Shown here one piece after another: positions 8,531-19,060 of a stretch of DNA of 64,000 nucleotides. The notes beneath the pieces are model-generated. The model made no database searches and had not been told where the DNA came from. It worked only from the letters and a program-made list of their open reading frames with translations. This DNA comes from Candidatus Multivoradales bacterium (GTDB lineage: Bacteria; Acidobacteriota; Thermoanaerobaculia; Multivoradales; JAHEKO01), in NCBI GenBank assembly GCA_965248055.1, contig CBDFIJ010000004.1, positions 2,914,925 to 2,978,924 on the forward strand. Direction: 5' to 3'. Made by a program: the position numbers and the translations under genes. Position 1 is the first letter of the stretch, and each line of letters starts with the position of its first letter.

Positions 8531-11500
8531 CTAGGGCTGCGGCGGAGTGAGGCGCAAAGCCGGGTCCCCTGTGAGACTGTAGGTGGCAGCAATATCTGGG
8601 CTCCCGCCACCAGCTATGAAACTCCTTAACCCGCTAAAGACTGCTTCGCCGAGCGTCGCGTTGTCACCGTTCCAGGCTTCGGGAAGCGTGTAAGTTGCCA
8701 GTAGGTGCGACTGGGCGTGGCGCGAAGCTGCAGTTGCACCGAACGCCGCGACCGATCCACCATCGGGATCGAACAATAGGGATTCTGGAAGCGTCTGGAC
8801 GCCCGGCCAGGTGGTGATATTGACTAGGCATCCAAACGCAAAAAGTATTCCCGGTGACTGGGAGTTCGTCAATTCATCCATGTCTGCGGTAGACAGAATT
8901 GATTCTGCTGCCAGCTGTGTGGCGCCTCCGTGGCCGGAATAAACGAGCGCAAGAGTACCATCATTGATCTGGTCGATGAGCTCAGAGTGAATCTCTCCTG
9001 GGTCGCCGGTTCTACCCAGTAGAAGAAGGTTTCGGTTGAAGTCGTTCGGTGCCCGAGCAGATAGATCGAAGGCCGCAGCGTGATAGTCCCCGGCATGATC
9101 TGGGTTGTCGGCAACGAACGCAATATTGTGCTTCCAGTCGGCCGTAGAGGCTTCGAAGACCTTAAGTTTTTCAACATAGTTGGAAACATCTTCTCTAGAG
9201 TTGGCTGGAATCCTACCAATCAAGAATTCGCTTCCGGGGCTCCCGTCTACGTCGCCGAGGACTGAATCCGAGGCGATGACTTGATTGCCGACGTTCATTA
9301 AATTGGCCGGGATCAGATTGCCTCCCCAACCATTGATATCGCGAAAGTCCCAATGCCCGTCGCCCAATAAGACAACCCAACGCGGCGCTTGCCGAGGTCT
9401 CTCCGCCAGCAAGGTCAAGTACTCTTTGATCATCGATGGGTGGTAGTTCCCGTGGCCGATTTGATCAACAATGTCTTGAAAGAACACAGTGCGTGTTCGG
9501 AGCCCTTGAGATTCACGGTAGCTGGCGAGCTCGGCGGCGCCAACTGTGAGAGTTGGGTCGGTGATCAGCAAGTAATCGATTGGTTTTCGACCGAGGCTAT
9601 TGCGTTTGCCGAGAAGGCGCAGACCAGCGACTTGTTTCCATCCGGTGGTATCGACCATCCAGACTTCGGTCTCGGAGGAGAGTTGGTATTTCGCCTGTAC
9701 TGTGCCGTCGAGGCCAGAGGAAAGACCGATGGCCAACGACCGGGGTACTCCATCTTCCCAGGCGTAAGCGGTAACGGCATCGGAGGTCCAGCCCTTTGTC
9801 AACCCCCGGGTTGGCGCGTTCTTCATCTGCAGAAACCCGTGAACTGGTTGCAGCGGCCGTTGATAGGTCAGGTCGAATGAGTCGATGAAGGCGTACCCTT
9901 GTTCAGCTCTAAATTCGATGTTGTTGGTTCCGTCAACCAAGACCCTGGCAGGAACCATCAGCACGGTGTCGAATCTCTCTGATTCATAAGACACCGCGTT
10001 CCCCAGACGATGCCCATTGACTTTGATTTCGAACGAGGTGCCGCCTGTGTTGGCTAAGGGACTGTAAGCCTTCACGGAGAGTCGGGCAGACTTTTCAGCT
10101 ATCACTCCAGGAGTCAAAAAACTCACCGTCGTACGGTCGTCACTGCCACCAGCAATCACGTACTTCCAGTACCAAAAATCATCGGTGGGGGAACTCGCCA
10201 ACCACAGAGTCGCAAAGCTGTCTTTCTCAAATCGCTGATGGTGAGTGTAGGTATCATTTTCTGCAGAAAGAGGTGAATTGCTGGAATCGCGTTCCATGAC
10301 AACGCCAGACTTCCACTCTGCGACCAAGGTCCAGGAGTCGAGGTAGGGTGGCAAAGAATCGCGGACCAAGAAACGAACCGTGCCTTTGGAAGCATCGATG
10401 GGGATGTCGTTTCCGTTGAGTGTTAGCCGAAACTTTCCATTTCGCACCTTTCTCCCGACCGCTTCGCGGGACTCTCCAAGCGCGGTCGCCAGTTCGTCGA
10501 GAGTTAGCTCGTAGGGCCCGGGTCCGGGAACCACGACTCCAATTGGTCTCAGTTGAGGTGTGGGCCTAGGCGGGCGCTCTCGAAGTGGTTGCCTATCCCC
10601 GCCGATTAGCTCGGGCGGTAAGGCGGCCCTCGTTGCGCGCTTAGAGCCAATTTTTTGGCGCGGTGCTCGAAGCCCCCCAGCACGCCCAGGTACTGGCCGA
10701 ACTTGAGTACGCCGAACTGGCTGGTTCAGATCCAATCTACCCAGTTCGCGAATCAGACCATGGGCGTCGACTTCCACAACTCTATATTGGGTGCTTCGGT
10801 GTTTACTTTGATCAAACACCGTGTAGCGGCCACCTTCCGATCCTTTGGCGTTGACGATTCCGGGATGAACGGGGACCCATTTTCCGCCCTGCTGCGCTTG
10901 CACCTTGAACCCCAGACTGCCGATCTCACCAACGGTTTCCCAACTGATCCATTTACCCTCCCGGCTGTCAATTGCGGTGAAATTCACTACCGATGCATAG
11001 TTGGGAACAATATTGAGATCGCAGGCGATAGAGGACTGTGCGGAGGTCACACTCGGGGCGACCAGTGGGAGAGTCGGATAGAAAACGGGTGTTACCGAGA
11101 GGGAGGCGTCGGTTGAATTGACTTGATAATCAAAAGTCATGGTGTCTGTTTCGCTGCTGTCAATGCGACCTGGCACACCGGAGAGGCCGGGCTTCCAACT
11201 CTCGTCGGTGTTGGCGAGGGTTTGATCACCGGCGCTGCCGCCACCATAGGCGACGCCGGTGAATATGCCTGCTACGCTGGCGTCATCGCCGACTTCAAGT
11301 TGCCAGAACTGCCCCGCCCCCACTCCGGTGTTGTTGTAGGTCAACGAGCAAGAGGCTGTTTGTCCCAACACAGAGATCAGGCTGGGTGTACAGGTACACG
11401 AAAGCTGAATATCCGGTACTGAGATGTTGGATTCCACCAATGAACGCTTGCATTTAGAACCATTGAAATCGTCAATGTCTTGTAAGACGTCAGTTCCGTC

Positions 11501-12049
11501 GCAGACGATGGTGTTTTTTGCTTGGCCCCAGGAGGTGATGGTGTCGATATTAACCGTTCCATCTCCATTGCTATCCGAGCAGGGTAGGGTCACTGCAGTT
11601 GGAATTACATAGGTCTCGGATGTTGAAGACGTGACGTTGCCACAAAGGTCACCATCACTGTTTGGATAGTTGGCCGCTGGCCGCAAGTACTCTCGCATGC
11701 AACCGGTCGCCAAAGCGTCGTCGGGGTCAGAAATGGGTATAAATAGACCGATGTCATATCGGATGGAGGCATTAGTTTCTATTTCAGCGCCGAGGCTTAC
11801 TGCGGTGAACGTATCCCCTGGCCCAAAGCACCCATCCAGCAAGGTTGTGGCTTGATAGAAGGCTGCACTGGTGTCGTTGGCAGTGCAATTGAGATCTGGC
11901 GGTGGGCAATTGCAGTCCGGGTCTGCAAAATCCACCAGGGTGTCGCTGTCATTATCAATATTGTCCTGACACGCGAATTCGTCGGCAAGAAGTCGTGGCC
12001 CGACGACAATTACACTCAGCAACGAAACGAACAAGAATATCGATCTCAT
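8531..12049 (-). CDS. 1172-aa secreted protein with C-terminal peptidase C25 (gingipain-like) domain
   Basis: Signal peptide; N-terminal Cys/Asp-rich 'DNDSDTLVDFADPDC' Ca-binding (TSP3-like) repeats; C-terminal 330 aa with 'YLLITD...ELASYRESQG', 'LVYSGHGG' (His) and 'FAFGCL' (Cys) = C25 catalytic dyad. Confidence 0.65.
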   Translation of the reverse strand: MRSIFLFVSLLSVIVVGPRLLADEFACQDNIDNDSDTLVDFADPDCNCPPPDLNCTANDTSAAFYQATTLLDGCFGPGDTFTAVSLGAEIETNASIRYDIGLFIPISDPDDALATGCMREYLRPAANYPNSDGDLCGNVTSSTSETYVIPTAVTLPCSDSNGDGTVNIDTITSWGQAKNTIVCDGTDVLQDIDDFNGSKCKRSLVESNISVPDIQLSCTCTPSLISVLGQTASCSLTYNNTGVGAGQFWQLEVGDDASVAGIFTGVAYGGGSAGDQTLANTDESWKPGLSGVPGRIDSSETDTMTFDYQVNSTDASLSVTPVFYPTLPLVAPSVTSAQSSIACDLNIVPNYASVVNFTAIDSREGKWISWETVGEIGSLGFKVQAQQGGKWVPVHPGIVNAKGSEGGRYTVFDQSKHRSTQYRVVEVDAHGLIRELGRLDLNQPVRRTQVRPVPGRAGGLRAPRQKIGSKRATRAALPPELIGGDRQPLRERPPRPTPQLRPIGVVVPGPGPYELTLDELATALGESREAVGRKVRNGKFRLTLNGNDIPIDASKGTVRFLVRDSLPPYLDSWTLVAEWKSGVVMERDSSNSPLSAENDTYTHHQRFEKDSFATLWLASSPTDDFWYWKYVIAGGSDDRTTVSFLTPGVIAEKSARLSVKAYSPLANTGGTSFEIKVNGHRLGNAVSYESERFDTVLMVPARVLVDGTNNIEFRAEQGYAFIDSFDLTYQRPLQPVHGFLQMKNAPTRGLTKGWTSDAVTAYAWEDGVPRSLAIGLSSGLDGTVQAKYQLSSETEVWMVDTTGWKQVAGLRLLGKRNSLGRKPIDYLLITDPTLTVGAAELASYRESQGLRTRTVFFQDIVDQIGHGNYHPSMIKEYLTLLAERPRQAPRWVVLLGDGHWDFRDINGWGGNLIPANLMNVGNQVIASDSVLGDVDGSPGSEFLIGRIPANSREDVSNYVEKLKVFEASTADWKHNIAFVADNPDHAGDYHAAAFDLSARAPNDFNRNLLLLGRTGDPGEIHSELIDQINDGTLALVYSGHGGATQLAAESILSTADMDELTNSQSPGILFAFGCLVNITTWPGVQTLPESLLFDPDGGSVAAFGATAASRHAQSHLLATYTLPEAWNGDNATLGEAVFSGLRSFIAGGGSPDIAATYSLTGDPALRLTPPQP

Positions 12050-12143
12050 GACTCCCTCCCTTAGTTCCCAAAAAGAAACGAAACAGTAGCGCCAATTACG
12101 CGGTGAACTGAGGCGTCAACCCTATATCAGCTAGGAGGGGCTG

Positions 12144-13133
12144 TCAAGGAAATGTATGCGTCCATGACATTTGGCACTGATCGGTATGTTCAGCTACGTA
12201 TTGTAGCGGTGGTCTTTGTCGGTGGCTCCAGTGGGGCCTTTCGGCGTTAAACCAGAGCATCCAGTCGAAGAGTTTTTGGTTGAAAGCTTGGAGGTCAGTG
12301 AAGAGCAAGTCTTCGTTGTAGTCAACGAAGACTTGCTCTTGGATGGTTCGATTGAATCTCTCGGCTTGGGCGTTCATCTTCGGGCACCTGGGGTAGGTGT
12401 ACCAGCGTTTGATTCCAGCCTCAGCAGCTTTCTTGTCGAAGGCTCCTTGAAACTCACTACCGTTGTCTGAGAGCACGGTAGTAACAGCAAATGGCAAGAC
12501 ATCAAGGCTCAGGTCCAGAAAGCGCGCTGCCGTGCTCGAGGTGTGGGAGTTGGTGGCTATTGCCAGACTCATGCTGCTGGCGGCATCGGTCAGAGTGATC
12601 AAGTACCGGCGTTGGCCATCACAGAATCGCTCGATGGTATCTACTGCCACCCACTGACCAGGCGATCAATCCTTTGAGGCACCAAGCGCATCTTGTCGGG
12701 AGCATCGCCAATGATGCGGCCGATGGTGCTCACCGAGGGGCAGGTAATTCCCCTTACTTCACACCAGGGTTTCAACAGCGGATAGATCTTGTCCTTGCCA
12801 AGATTGGGCTCTTTGACCCGCAATCGACCGATCTCAGAGACCACCTCAGCTGGCCACTTGCGCCGTCTTCTTTTCTTCGGAGCTGTTGATTGAGGGTATT
12901 AGAGAGCTTAGCTCTCCTTTGCACCTACCAAGACGAGACTTCCAGCGGTACAGAGTCCTCCGGCTGACCGAAAATGCATCGATCGCTGCATCGATCCCAT
13001 GCTCCTGCCAGAATCTCAATGCTCGGATACGTTTCTCAGCGCTATCTTGGGTCATGACCCAAGATACCCCTAGATGACGAAGATGTCCCAGGCCTTGGAA
13101 ACGCCCTCTGATCAACCTCATGCTCATCGACAC
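12144..13133 (-). mobile_element. degraded IS481-family transposase (3 ORF fragments: HTH + rve integrase core)
   Basis: N-terminal HTH fragment (12846-13133), middle fragment (12641-12844) and DDE/rve core (12144-12650, 'LSDNGSEF...AERFNRT') in different frames = frameshifted pseudogene. Confidence 0.6.
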
Positions 13134-13203
13134 TCCTCATTGAACGAGTGCCATTTGTTTCTGAACTTATGCAGGAAATGCGGGGAACCCGTTGAGAGGA
13201 TTT

Positions 13204-14820
13204 CTAGGAGATCAATAATCCGGCGATCGAGGCGGTCAGCCACGATGCGATAGCGCCACCGAACATCGCTTTCAAGCCGACTTTCGCCAAGTCGCTGCGG
13301 CGCTCGGGGGCGATCGCCGACATACCGCCAAGCTGGATGCCGATCGAGGAGAAGTTGGCGAAACCACAGAGGGCATAGGTGGCGATAATGACTGCCCGCG
13401 GAGAGAGGGCGTCATTTTGGATGTAGCTTCCCAGGGTGCCGTAGGCGACGAACTCGTTGAGCGACAGCTTGATGCCGAGTAGGTTGCCGACTTTGGCCGC
13501 GTCGGCCCAGGGGACGCCCATCAACCAGGCGAGAGGAGCGAGCAGAGTGCCGAACAGGGTTTGCAGCGAGCCAGGGAAGATGCCCTTGAACTCACCGACA
13601 ACCGGCGACAAGCCGCCAGAACCGTACTCGATGTACTCACCCGCCATCAGCCGTCCGTCGATCCACTTGTCTGCGAAGTTGAACATCACGTCGATCACGG
13701 CGATCAGAGCGATAAAACCCAACAGCATGGCGCCAACGTTGACCGCCAGTTTAAGACCGTCGGTGATCCCCGAGGCTGCGGCTTCGATGACGTTGTCGCC
13801 GGCATCGATGGTTGGCAGGGTGACATCTCCAGCAGTCTCGGAGTGTTCCTTCTCCGGGTAGATGATCTTGCCGACCACCAAGGCTGCTGGAGCAGACATC
13901 ACACTGGCGGCAATCAGGTGCCCAGCGGGGACTCCCATGCCGATGTATCCCGCCAACACACCGCCGGCGATGGTGGCAAAGCCACCCACCATGACGGTCA
14001 GCAGCTCTGATTTGGTCATTCCCGGCAGAAACGGTCGAATCAGCAATGGTGCTTCGGTCTGGCCGACAAACACGTTGGCGGAGCAAGAAAGGGTTTCCGC
14101 TCCACTGGTGCCGATGGTCCAGCGGACGAATCGACTGATCGACTCGATGACCTTCTGCATCACCCCGAGGTAGTAGAGAACCGCCATGAAACCGCCGAAA
14201 AAGACGATCGTCGGCAACACTTTGAAAGCGAATAAGAAGCCGAATCCGGGCCAGGTATCGGAGCCAGGGAAGTAATGCTGTGGGTCGGCGAAGTTGCCGA
14301 ACAGAAACCGCGCGCCGTAGTCGGATAGGTTCAAGAAACCGGCGACCTTTTCCGACAACACTTTGAAGATGTCCTGACCGGTGATGCGATTAACCAACAG
14401 GTGGGCGACCCCAATGCTCACCAAGCCACAGGCACCGTAGCGCTGCAAGCTGGCTTGGCGGGTCCAGATCGCGTTCGCCACCATCACCAACAAAATCAAT
14501 CCTGCCAGGGGCAGCAGCAAATGTGGCGCTAGGGTTGCCACCAAGGCGGCGACCAAGATGGCTGGAACGGCAGTCGTAGCCATCGCCAGGGCATCGATCC
14601 ATTGCTCCCCGGGGCGGGAAATAAACGCCAACATCAGCAGACCAAGGATCACCATTCCGGCAAAGCTCAGAAAGTCTTGGCGCAGGATAATCAGCGCAAA
14701 AAGAAACTGCAGGCCCATGCCCCAGATCACGGTGCGCAAGGGGAAGTCCTTGCGGTGGTAGGACATCGCCCAAGCAATGCCGAGTAACGCAATCACTCCG
14801 AGTCCGCTAATCAGGTTCAT
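13204..14820 (-). CDS. concentrative nucleoside transporter (CNT/NupC family)
   Basis: Polytopic; 'GQTEAPLLIRPFLPGMTKSELLTVMVGGFATIAGGVLAGYI' CNT gate motif; N- and C-terminal regions align with NupC. Confidence 0.65.
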   Translation of the reverse strand: MNLISGLGVIALLGIAWAMSYHRKDFPLRTVIWGMGLQFLFALIILRQDFLSFAGMVILGLLMLAFISRPGEQWIDALAMATTAVPAILVAALVATLAPHLLLPLAGLILLVMVANAIWTRQASLQRYGACGLVSIGVAHLLVNRITGQDIFKVLSEKVAGFLNLSDYGARFLFGNFADPQHYFPGSDTWPGFGFLFAFKVLPTIVFFGGFMAVLYYLGVMQKVIESISRFVRWTIGTSGAETLSCSANVFVGQTEAPLLIRPFLPGMTKSELLTVMVGGFATIAGGVLAGYIGMGVPAGHLIAASVMSAPAALVVGKIIYPEKEHSETAGDVTLPTIDAGDNVIEAAASGITDGLKLAVNVGAMLLGFIALIAVIDVMFNFADKWIDGRLMAGEYIEYGSGGLSPVVGEFKGIFPGSLQTLFGTLLAPLAWLMGVPWADAAKVGNLLGIKLSLNEFVAYGTLGSYIQNDALSPRAVIIATYALCGFANFSSIGIQLGGMSAIAPERRSDLAKVGLKAMFGGAIASWLTASIAGLLIS

Positions 14821-14862
14821 CAGTCCTCCAGCAAAGTTCGGGTTGGATTTAATAGATCGGTG

Positions 14863-15795
14863 TTATCGGGAGCTTTCAAGAAAACGATAGAACTCGCCGT
14901 CCGTTCCAAGGAGCAAGGTGGTCGACTCGTCGACCGTGGATTCGAGGGTTTCCATGCTTTTTAGGAAGGCATAGAAACGGCGGGAATCCGCTGACTGGCT
15001 GTAAGCGCGGGCGTAGATGTCGGTCGCCTCGGCATCGGCAGCACCAACGAGCTCTTGCGCTTGTCGGTAGGCCTCGGATTCGATTTCTTTAAGGTCGCGG
15101 TCCATCTCACCGAGAATGCGGTTGGCTTCGCCTTGGCCCTCGGAGCGAAAGCGAGCGGCAATCCGTTTGCGCTCGGCGATCATCCGGTCGTAAACCGTGT
15201 GAAGAACCGCTTCGGCGTAGTTGATGCGTTTGAATTGCACGTCCAGAATCTCAATTCCAAGGTCCCCAGTTCTAGCTTGGGCTTTGGCGAGGATCTCCTG
15301 ACGGATCTGCTCGCGTCCTATGGTGATGGTTTCGAGGGTGTCGCTGTCCTCCGACTGCGATTCGTCTGCCAGCGGTTCACGATTGGACAAGCGCACCACT
15401 TCCACCAGGTTATGACTGGCGATGACGTTACGGGTTTCGCCGTCCAGGATGTCGTCGAGCCGAGTCTGGGCACCGCGTTCGTCGCGCAGTCTCTGGAAGT
15501 ACTTCAGGGGATCGGTAATTCGCCAACGGGCATAGGTATCAACCCAGATAAAAACCTTGTCGCGAGTGGGGAGTTCGTTGGAATCGCCGTCCCATTCCAA
15601 GAAGCGCTTGTCGAAACGATGGACATCCTGAATCAGCGGGATCTTGAATTTGAGTCCAGGCGTGGTGATCGGGACCCCGACCGGTTCGCCAAATTGGGTG
15701 ATGATCACCTGTTCCCGCTCATTGACCACAAAGATGGCTCCGCTGAGCACCATCACGGCAATCAAGATCAAAGCGATGACAGCGGCGCGGATCAC
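14863..15795 (-). CDS. hflC: protease modulator HflC (SPFH/band-7)
   Basis: N-terminal TM + SPFH domain; follows hflK with 4-bp overlap. Confidence 0.75.
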   Translation of the reverse strand: MIRAAVIALILIAVMVLSGAIFVVNEREQVIITQFGEPVGVPITTPGLKFKIPLIQDVHRFDKRFLEWDGDSNELPTRDKVFIWVDTYARWRITDPLKYFQRLRDERGAQTRLDDILDGETRNVIASHNLVEVVRLSNREPLADESQSEDSDTLETITIGREQIRQEILAKAQARTGDLGIEILDVQFKRINYAEAVLHTVYDRMIAERKRIAARFRSEGQGEANRILGEMDRDLKEIESEAYRQAQELVGAADAEATDIYARAYSQSADSRRFYAFLKSMETLESTVDESTTLLLGTDGEFYRFLESSR

Positions 15796-16775
15796 TGAGA
15801 ACCTCCACCCGACAAGCCACTGTCCAAGTTCAGTAAAGGAAGGACGCCCTTGATGTCATCGTCGATCACCAGTTTGCGCCCGGCCTCGGGTAATACCTTG
15901 CCGATGGTCTCCAGGTACATGCGTTTGCGGGTGACTTCGGGTGCGCGGGCGTAGGCCCGGTAGATATCTTCAAAACGTGCCGCCTCACCCTTGGAACGGG
16001 CGACTCGATCGAGGGCGTAGCCACGGGCTTCCTCGATGGTTCTCTGGGCCTGTCCACGGGCGTTGGGGATTCTTTGGTTGTAAGCCTCTTGTGCTTGATT
16101 GATCAGCGTCTCCCGCTCCTGTTCGGCTTCGTTGACCTCATTAAACGAAGCCTTAACTTCGTCCGGAGGATTGACGTCTTGCAGCACCACTTGCTCGATC
16201 TTGATGCCTGTTTCGTATTGGTCAGCGGTTGCTTGCAAACGCTGCTCAACCGAGTCGGCTATCTCCTGGCGACCGATGGTGACAACTTCGTTGACGGTGC
16301 GGTCGCCCACCACTTCGCGCATCACCGCCTCCGACAGGTCGCGCAAGGTGTCCTCCACGTTGCGCACGCGGAATAAATAACGCTCGGGGTCGACAATGCG
16401 GTATTGCACCACCCACTCAACCACAGCCGCATTCAAATCGCCGGTGAGCATCAAGGCTTCGTCTGGAGCTCCCCTGAACTGGCTGCGAACACCGGCTTCC
16501 ACGGTACGGAAGCCAAACTCTTGTTTTAATAACCGCTGGACCGGAACCCGGATGACGCGGTCGATGCCGAAGGGGATCTTGAAATGGAGTCCTGGATCAG
16601 TGGTGTCGACGAAGCGTCCAAAGCGCATCACCACGCCGACTTCTTCGGGTTCCACGGTGTAGAAACTGGTAAACGCCAGCATCAAGGCCAAGGCAATACC
16701 AAACAGCAATGGAGCGCGGTTACCCAATTTGGGCAGCTTGGGGAATTCAGTGGGCCAATCGATTACTTGTGCCAT
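15792..16775 (-). CDS. hflK: protease modulator HflK (SPFH/band-7)
   Basis: TM helix + SPFH domain + coiled-coil C-terminus; paired with hflC. Confidence 0.75.
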   Translation of the reverse strand: MAQVIDWPTEFPKLPKLGNRAPLLFGIALALMLAFTSFYTVEPEEVGVVMRFGRFVDTTDPGLHFKIPFGIDRVIRVPVQRLLKQEFGFRTVEAGVRSQFRGAPDEALMLTGDLNAAVVEWVVQYRIVDPERYLFRVRNVEDTLRDLSEAVMREVVGDRTVNEVVTIGRQEIADSVEQRLQATADQYETGIKIEQVVLQDVNPPDEVKASFNEVNEAEQERETLINQAQEAYNQRIPNARGQAQRTIEEARGYALDRVARSKGEAARFEDIYRAYARAPEVTRKRMYLETIGKVLPEAGRKLVIDDDIKGVLPLLNLDSGLSGGGSQ

Positions 16776-16932
16776 AAGAATGCGTTCCGAACCGGCAGGG
16801 TATCCGACTCCAGGGTGGAAGGAAAGGCCATTGTCCGATTGTCGCGGATTTGGAGCCTCCAGGATGGTGAGGCAACCCGCTTGGGTGATAGATCAAACGT
16901 CAATCAGCGACGATCGTTGATAGCCTCTGGCT

Positions 16933-17451
16933 ATGTCCAGTGAGCACTCGAAACCCGACCTTTCCTCCTCCCAGGCGTTTTCGCACGTCAAGGAGGGAGG
17001 AGAAGTGTCGATGGTGGATGTTTCCGCCAAGGTTGAGACCTTGAGGGTCGCGGAAGCATCGTGCCGCGTCAGCATGACCAGCGAGACCGCCGCTCGGCTG
17101 GCGGAACTGCCCAAAGGGGACGCCCTAGCGACCGCTCGAATTGCCGGTATCCAGGCGGCGAAGCGCACCCCGGAGTGGATTCCACTCGCCCATCCGTTGT
17201 TGCTGGACCATGTAGAGATCGATTTGAGCCCCGATGAACAGGGTGTCTCGGTGCGCAGCCGCGTGGTGGTGCGCGGTCCCACCGGGGCTGAGATGGAAGC
17301 GTTGACCGCCTGCGCCGCCGCAGCCTTGACCCTCTACGACATGGTTAAGGCGGTGGAGCGCTCGGCGGAGATCACCGATCTGCGCCTGGAAGCCAAGTCT
17401 GGCGGCAAGAGCGGCGACTATCGTCGGTCGCAAAAACGATCGGCTTCGTAG
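16933..17451 (+). CDS. moaC: cyclic pyranopterin monophosphate synthase MoaC
   Basis: 'MVDVSAK..T.R.A.A', 'ARIAGIQAAKRT..IPLAHP' and 'EMEALTA' MoaC signatures. Confidence 0.85.
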   Translation: MSSEHSKPDLSSSQAFSHVKEGGEVSMVDVSAKVETLRVAEASCRVSMTSETAARLAELPKGDALATARIAGIQAAKRTPEWIPLAHPLLLDHVEIDLSPDEQGVSVRSRVVVRGPTGAEMEALTACAAAALTLYDMVKAVERSAEITDLRLEAKSGGKSGDYRRSQKRSAS

Positions 17452-17453
17452 CC

Positions 17454-18647
17454 ATGAGGTTGACCACAGGACTGGACCGCCTGCTCGTGGATCCTTCAGA
17501 GCTTGCCGGTCGTCGATTCGGATTGTTGTCGCAACAAGCGGTCGTCGATGGGCAACTGCGACCGGCCCATTTGACCTTAACCGCAGCCGGCCATCCACCC
17601 AGCCGTTTGTTCGCTCCTGAGCACGGCTATTACGGAGTCGAGCAGGACATGGTGGCGGCCAATCAGAACCTCGATCCATTGACCGACATTCCGATCGTCT
17701 CGCTCTATGGCGACGATCAAGATTCGCTGCACCCAGTGCCCGAAGCTTTCGAGGGTCTCGATTTGTTGATCGTCGATCTGCAGGACATCGGCAGCCGCTA
17801 CTACACCTACCCGGCGACCGCAGTGTGGGCGACCTCGGTAGCGCGCCAAGCGGGTTGTGAAGTATGGATTTTGGATCGCCCCAATCCGTTGGGTGGAATG
17901 AAGGTGGAGGGAAACCGGCGCGGCGAAGGGTTTGCATCTTTTGTCGGTGCGTTCGAGCATCCAGTGTGCCACGGACTCACCTTGGCTGAGTTGGTGCTGC
18001 TGGAGCTTGGGCTGGATCCGGGAAACGCCAAAGCAAACGCGGTGCGGGTCTGGGCGATGGAGGGTTGGTCACGGGCTCAGACCTGGCCCGACCTCGAACG
18101 ATCTTGGGTCGCTCCTTCGCCCAACATGCCGAGCTATGAAACGGCGGTGATCTACCCAGGGCTTTGCTTGTTAGAGGCCACCGAACTGTCTGAAGGGCGC
18201 GGAACCACCCGACCGTTTCACCTGGTTGGTTCTCCCCGAGTCGATCCCTTGGTGTTGGCGGAAGCTTTGACGGCGATGCCGACTCCGGGGCTGTCGTTTA
18301 TCCCGACCTACTTTCGCCCTCAGTTTCAGAAGCACGCTGGTGCGGTGTGTGGAGGAGTGGAGATCGTCGTCACCGACGCGGCCAAGGTCGAGGCCTATCG
18401 CTTTGGGTTGGAGCTGTTGAGGATCTTGCGGCGGCAGCTCGGTGGGGAGTTTGGTTGGCGCCAGGCGCCCTACGAATTTGTCTCTGATCGTCCGGCGATC
18501 GATTTGCTGACTGGCGGGTCGACGGTCCGCCAAGCGATTGATACCGGCGACGACACGTTACTGGCGAGTTGGTGCGCGGAATTTAGTGTTCAAGAAGCAG
18601 CATTTCGCACCCACAGAGAGCCTTGTCTGCTGTACTCTGAGGACTGA
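17454..18647 (+). CDS. DUF1343 family protein (exo-beta-N-acetylmuramidase NamZ-like)
   Basis: 'FGLLSQQAVVD', 'LFAPEHGYYG' and overall length typical of DUF1343/YbbC. Confidence 0.75.
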   Translation: MRLTTGLDRLLVDPSELAGRRFGLLSQQAVVDGQLRPAHLTLTAAGHPPSRLFAPEHGYYGVEQDMVAANQNLDPLTDIPIVSLYGDDQDSLHPVPEAFEGLDLLIVDLQDIGSRYYTYPATAVWATSVARQAGCEVWILDRPNPLGGMKVEGNRRGEGFASFVGAFEHPVCHGLTLAELVLLELGLDPGNAKANAVRVWAMEGWSRAQTWPDLERSWVAPSPNMPSYETAVIYPGLCLLEATELSEGRGTTRPFHLVGSPRVDPLVLAEALTAMPTPGLSFIPTYFRPQFQKHAGAVCGGVEIVVTDAAKVEAYRFGLELLRILRRQLGGEFGWRQAPYEFVSDRPAIDLLTGGSTVRQAIDTGDDTLLASWCAEFSVQEAAFRTHREPCLLYSED

Positions 18648-18681
18648 TGACGAAGGCATATTGGAAGGGTCTAGATCTGCC

Positions 18682-18999
18682 ATGAAAGCGCCTCGAATTA
18701 TCCTTGTTGAGGGCACCCTTGAGCAATATTCTGAGATGGTGCAGAAGGAATCCGCTGCTGGAAGAAGAGTTGGTTGGTTGGATATGAACGCTGCCACAGC
18801 GCTCCCGGAACGGTTCGACCGAGCGGGTTCAATCGGAGTCTTTCGCGCGGTCGAAGTCGGGGCTACGGCAACCCTTTCCTGCAAACCAAGGAAGGGCTCG
18901 GTGGTTCTCAAAGATCTGCTTCGCGAGCACTTTCTCGGATGCTCGGTGGTCCTGGTGCGAGGCTATGACCAGGCTCCTGAACTGGCAGATTCAAACTGA
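18682..18999 (+). CDS. hypothetical protein (~105 aa)
   Basis: ORF with ATG start 34 bp after namZ-like gene; no recognised motifs. Confidence 0.3.
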   Translation: MKAPRIILVEGTLEQYSEMVQKESAAGRRVGWLDMNAATALPERFDRAGSIGVFRAVEVGATATLSCKPRKGSVVLKDLLREHFLGCSVVLVRGYDQAPELADSN

Positions 19000-19060
19000 A
19001 ACACGAAACTCATTCAAATCAAGAAAACCCAGGCCCGAGAATTGAGAACCGATATTCAAC

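Noticed and set aside
17125-17937. 270-aa ORF antisense to namZ-like gene, and similar long antisense ORFs (7308-8165, 21717-22547, 24907-25773, 27725-28423, 35450-36472)
   Set aside because: Each lies opposite a well-supported conserved gene. High GC suppresses stop codons on the antisense strand. The products are Arg/Pro/Gly-rich and of low complexity, with no motifs.
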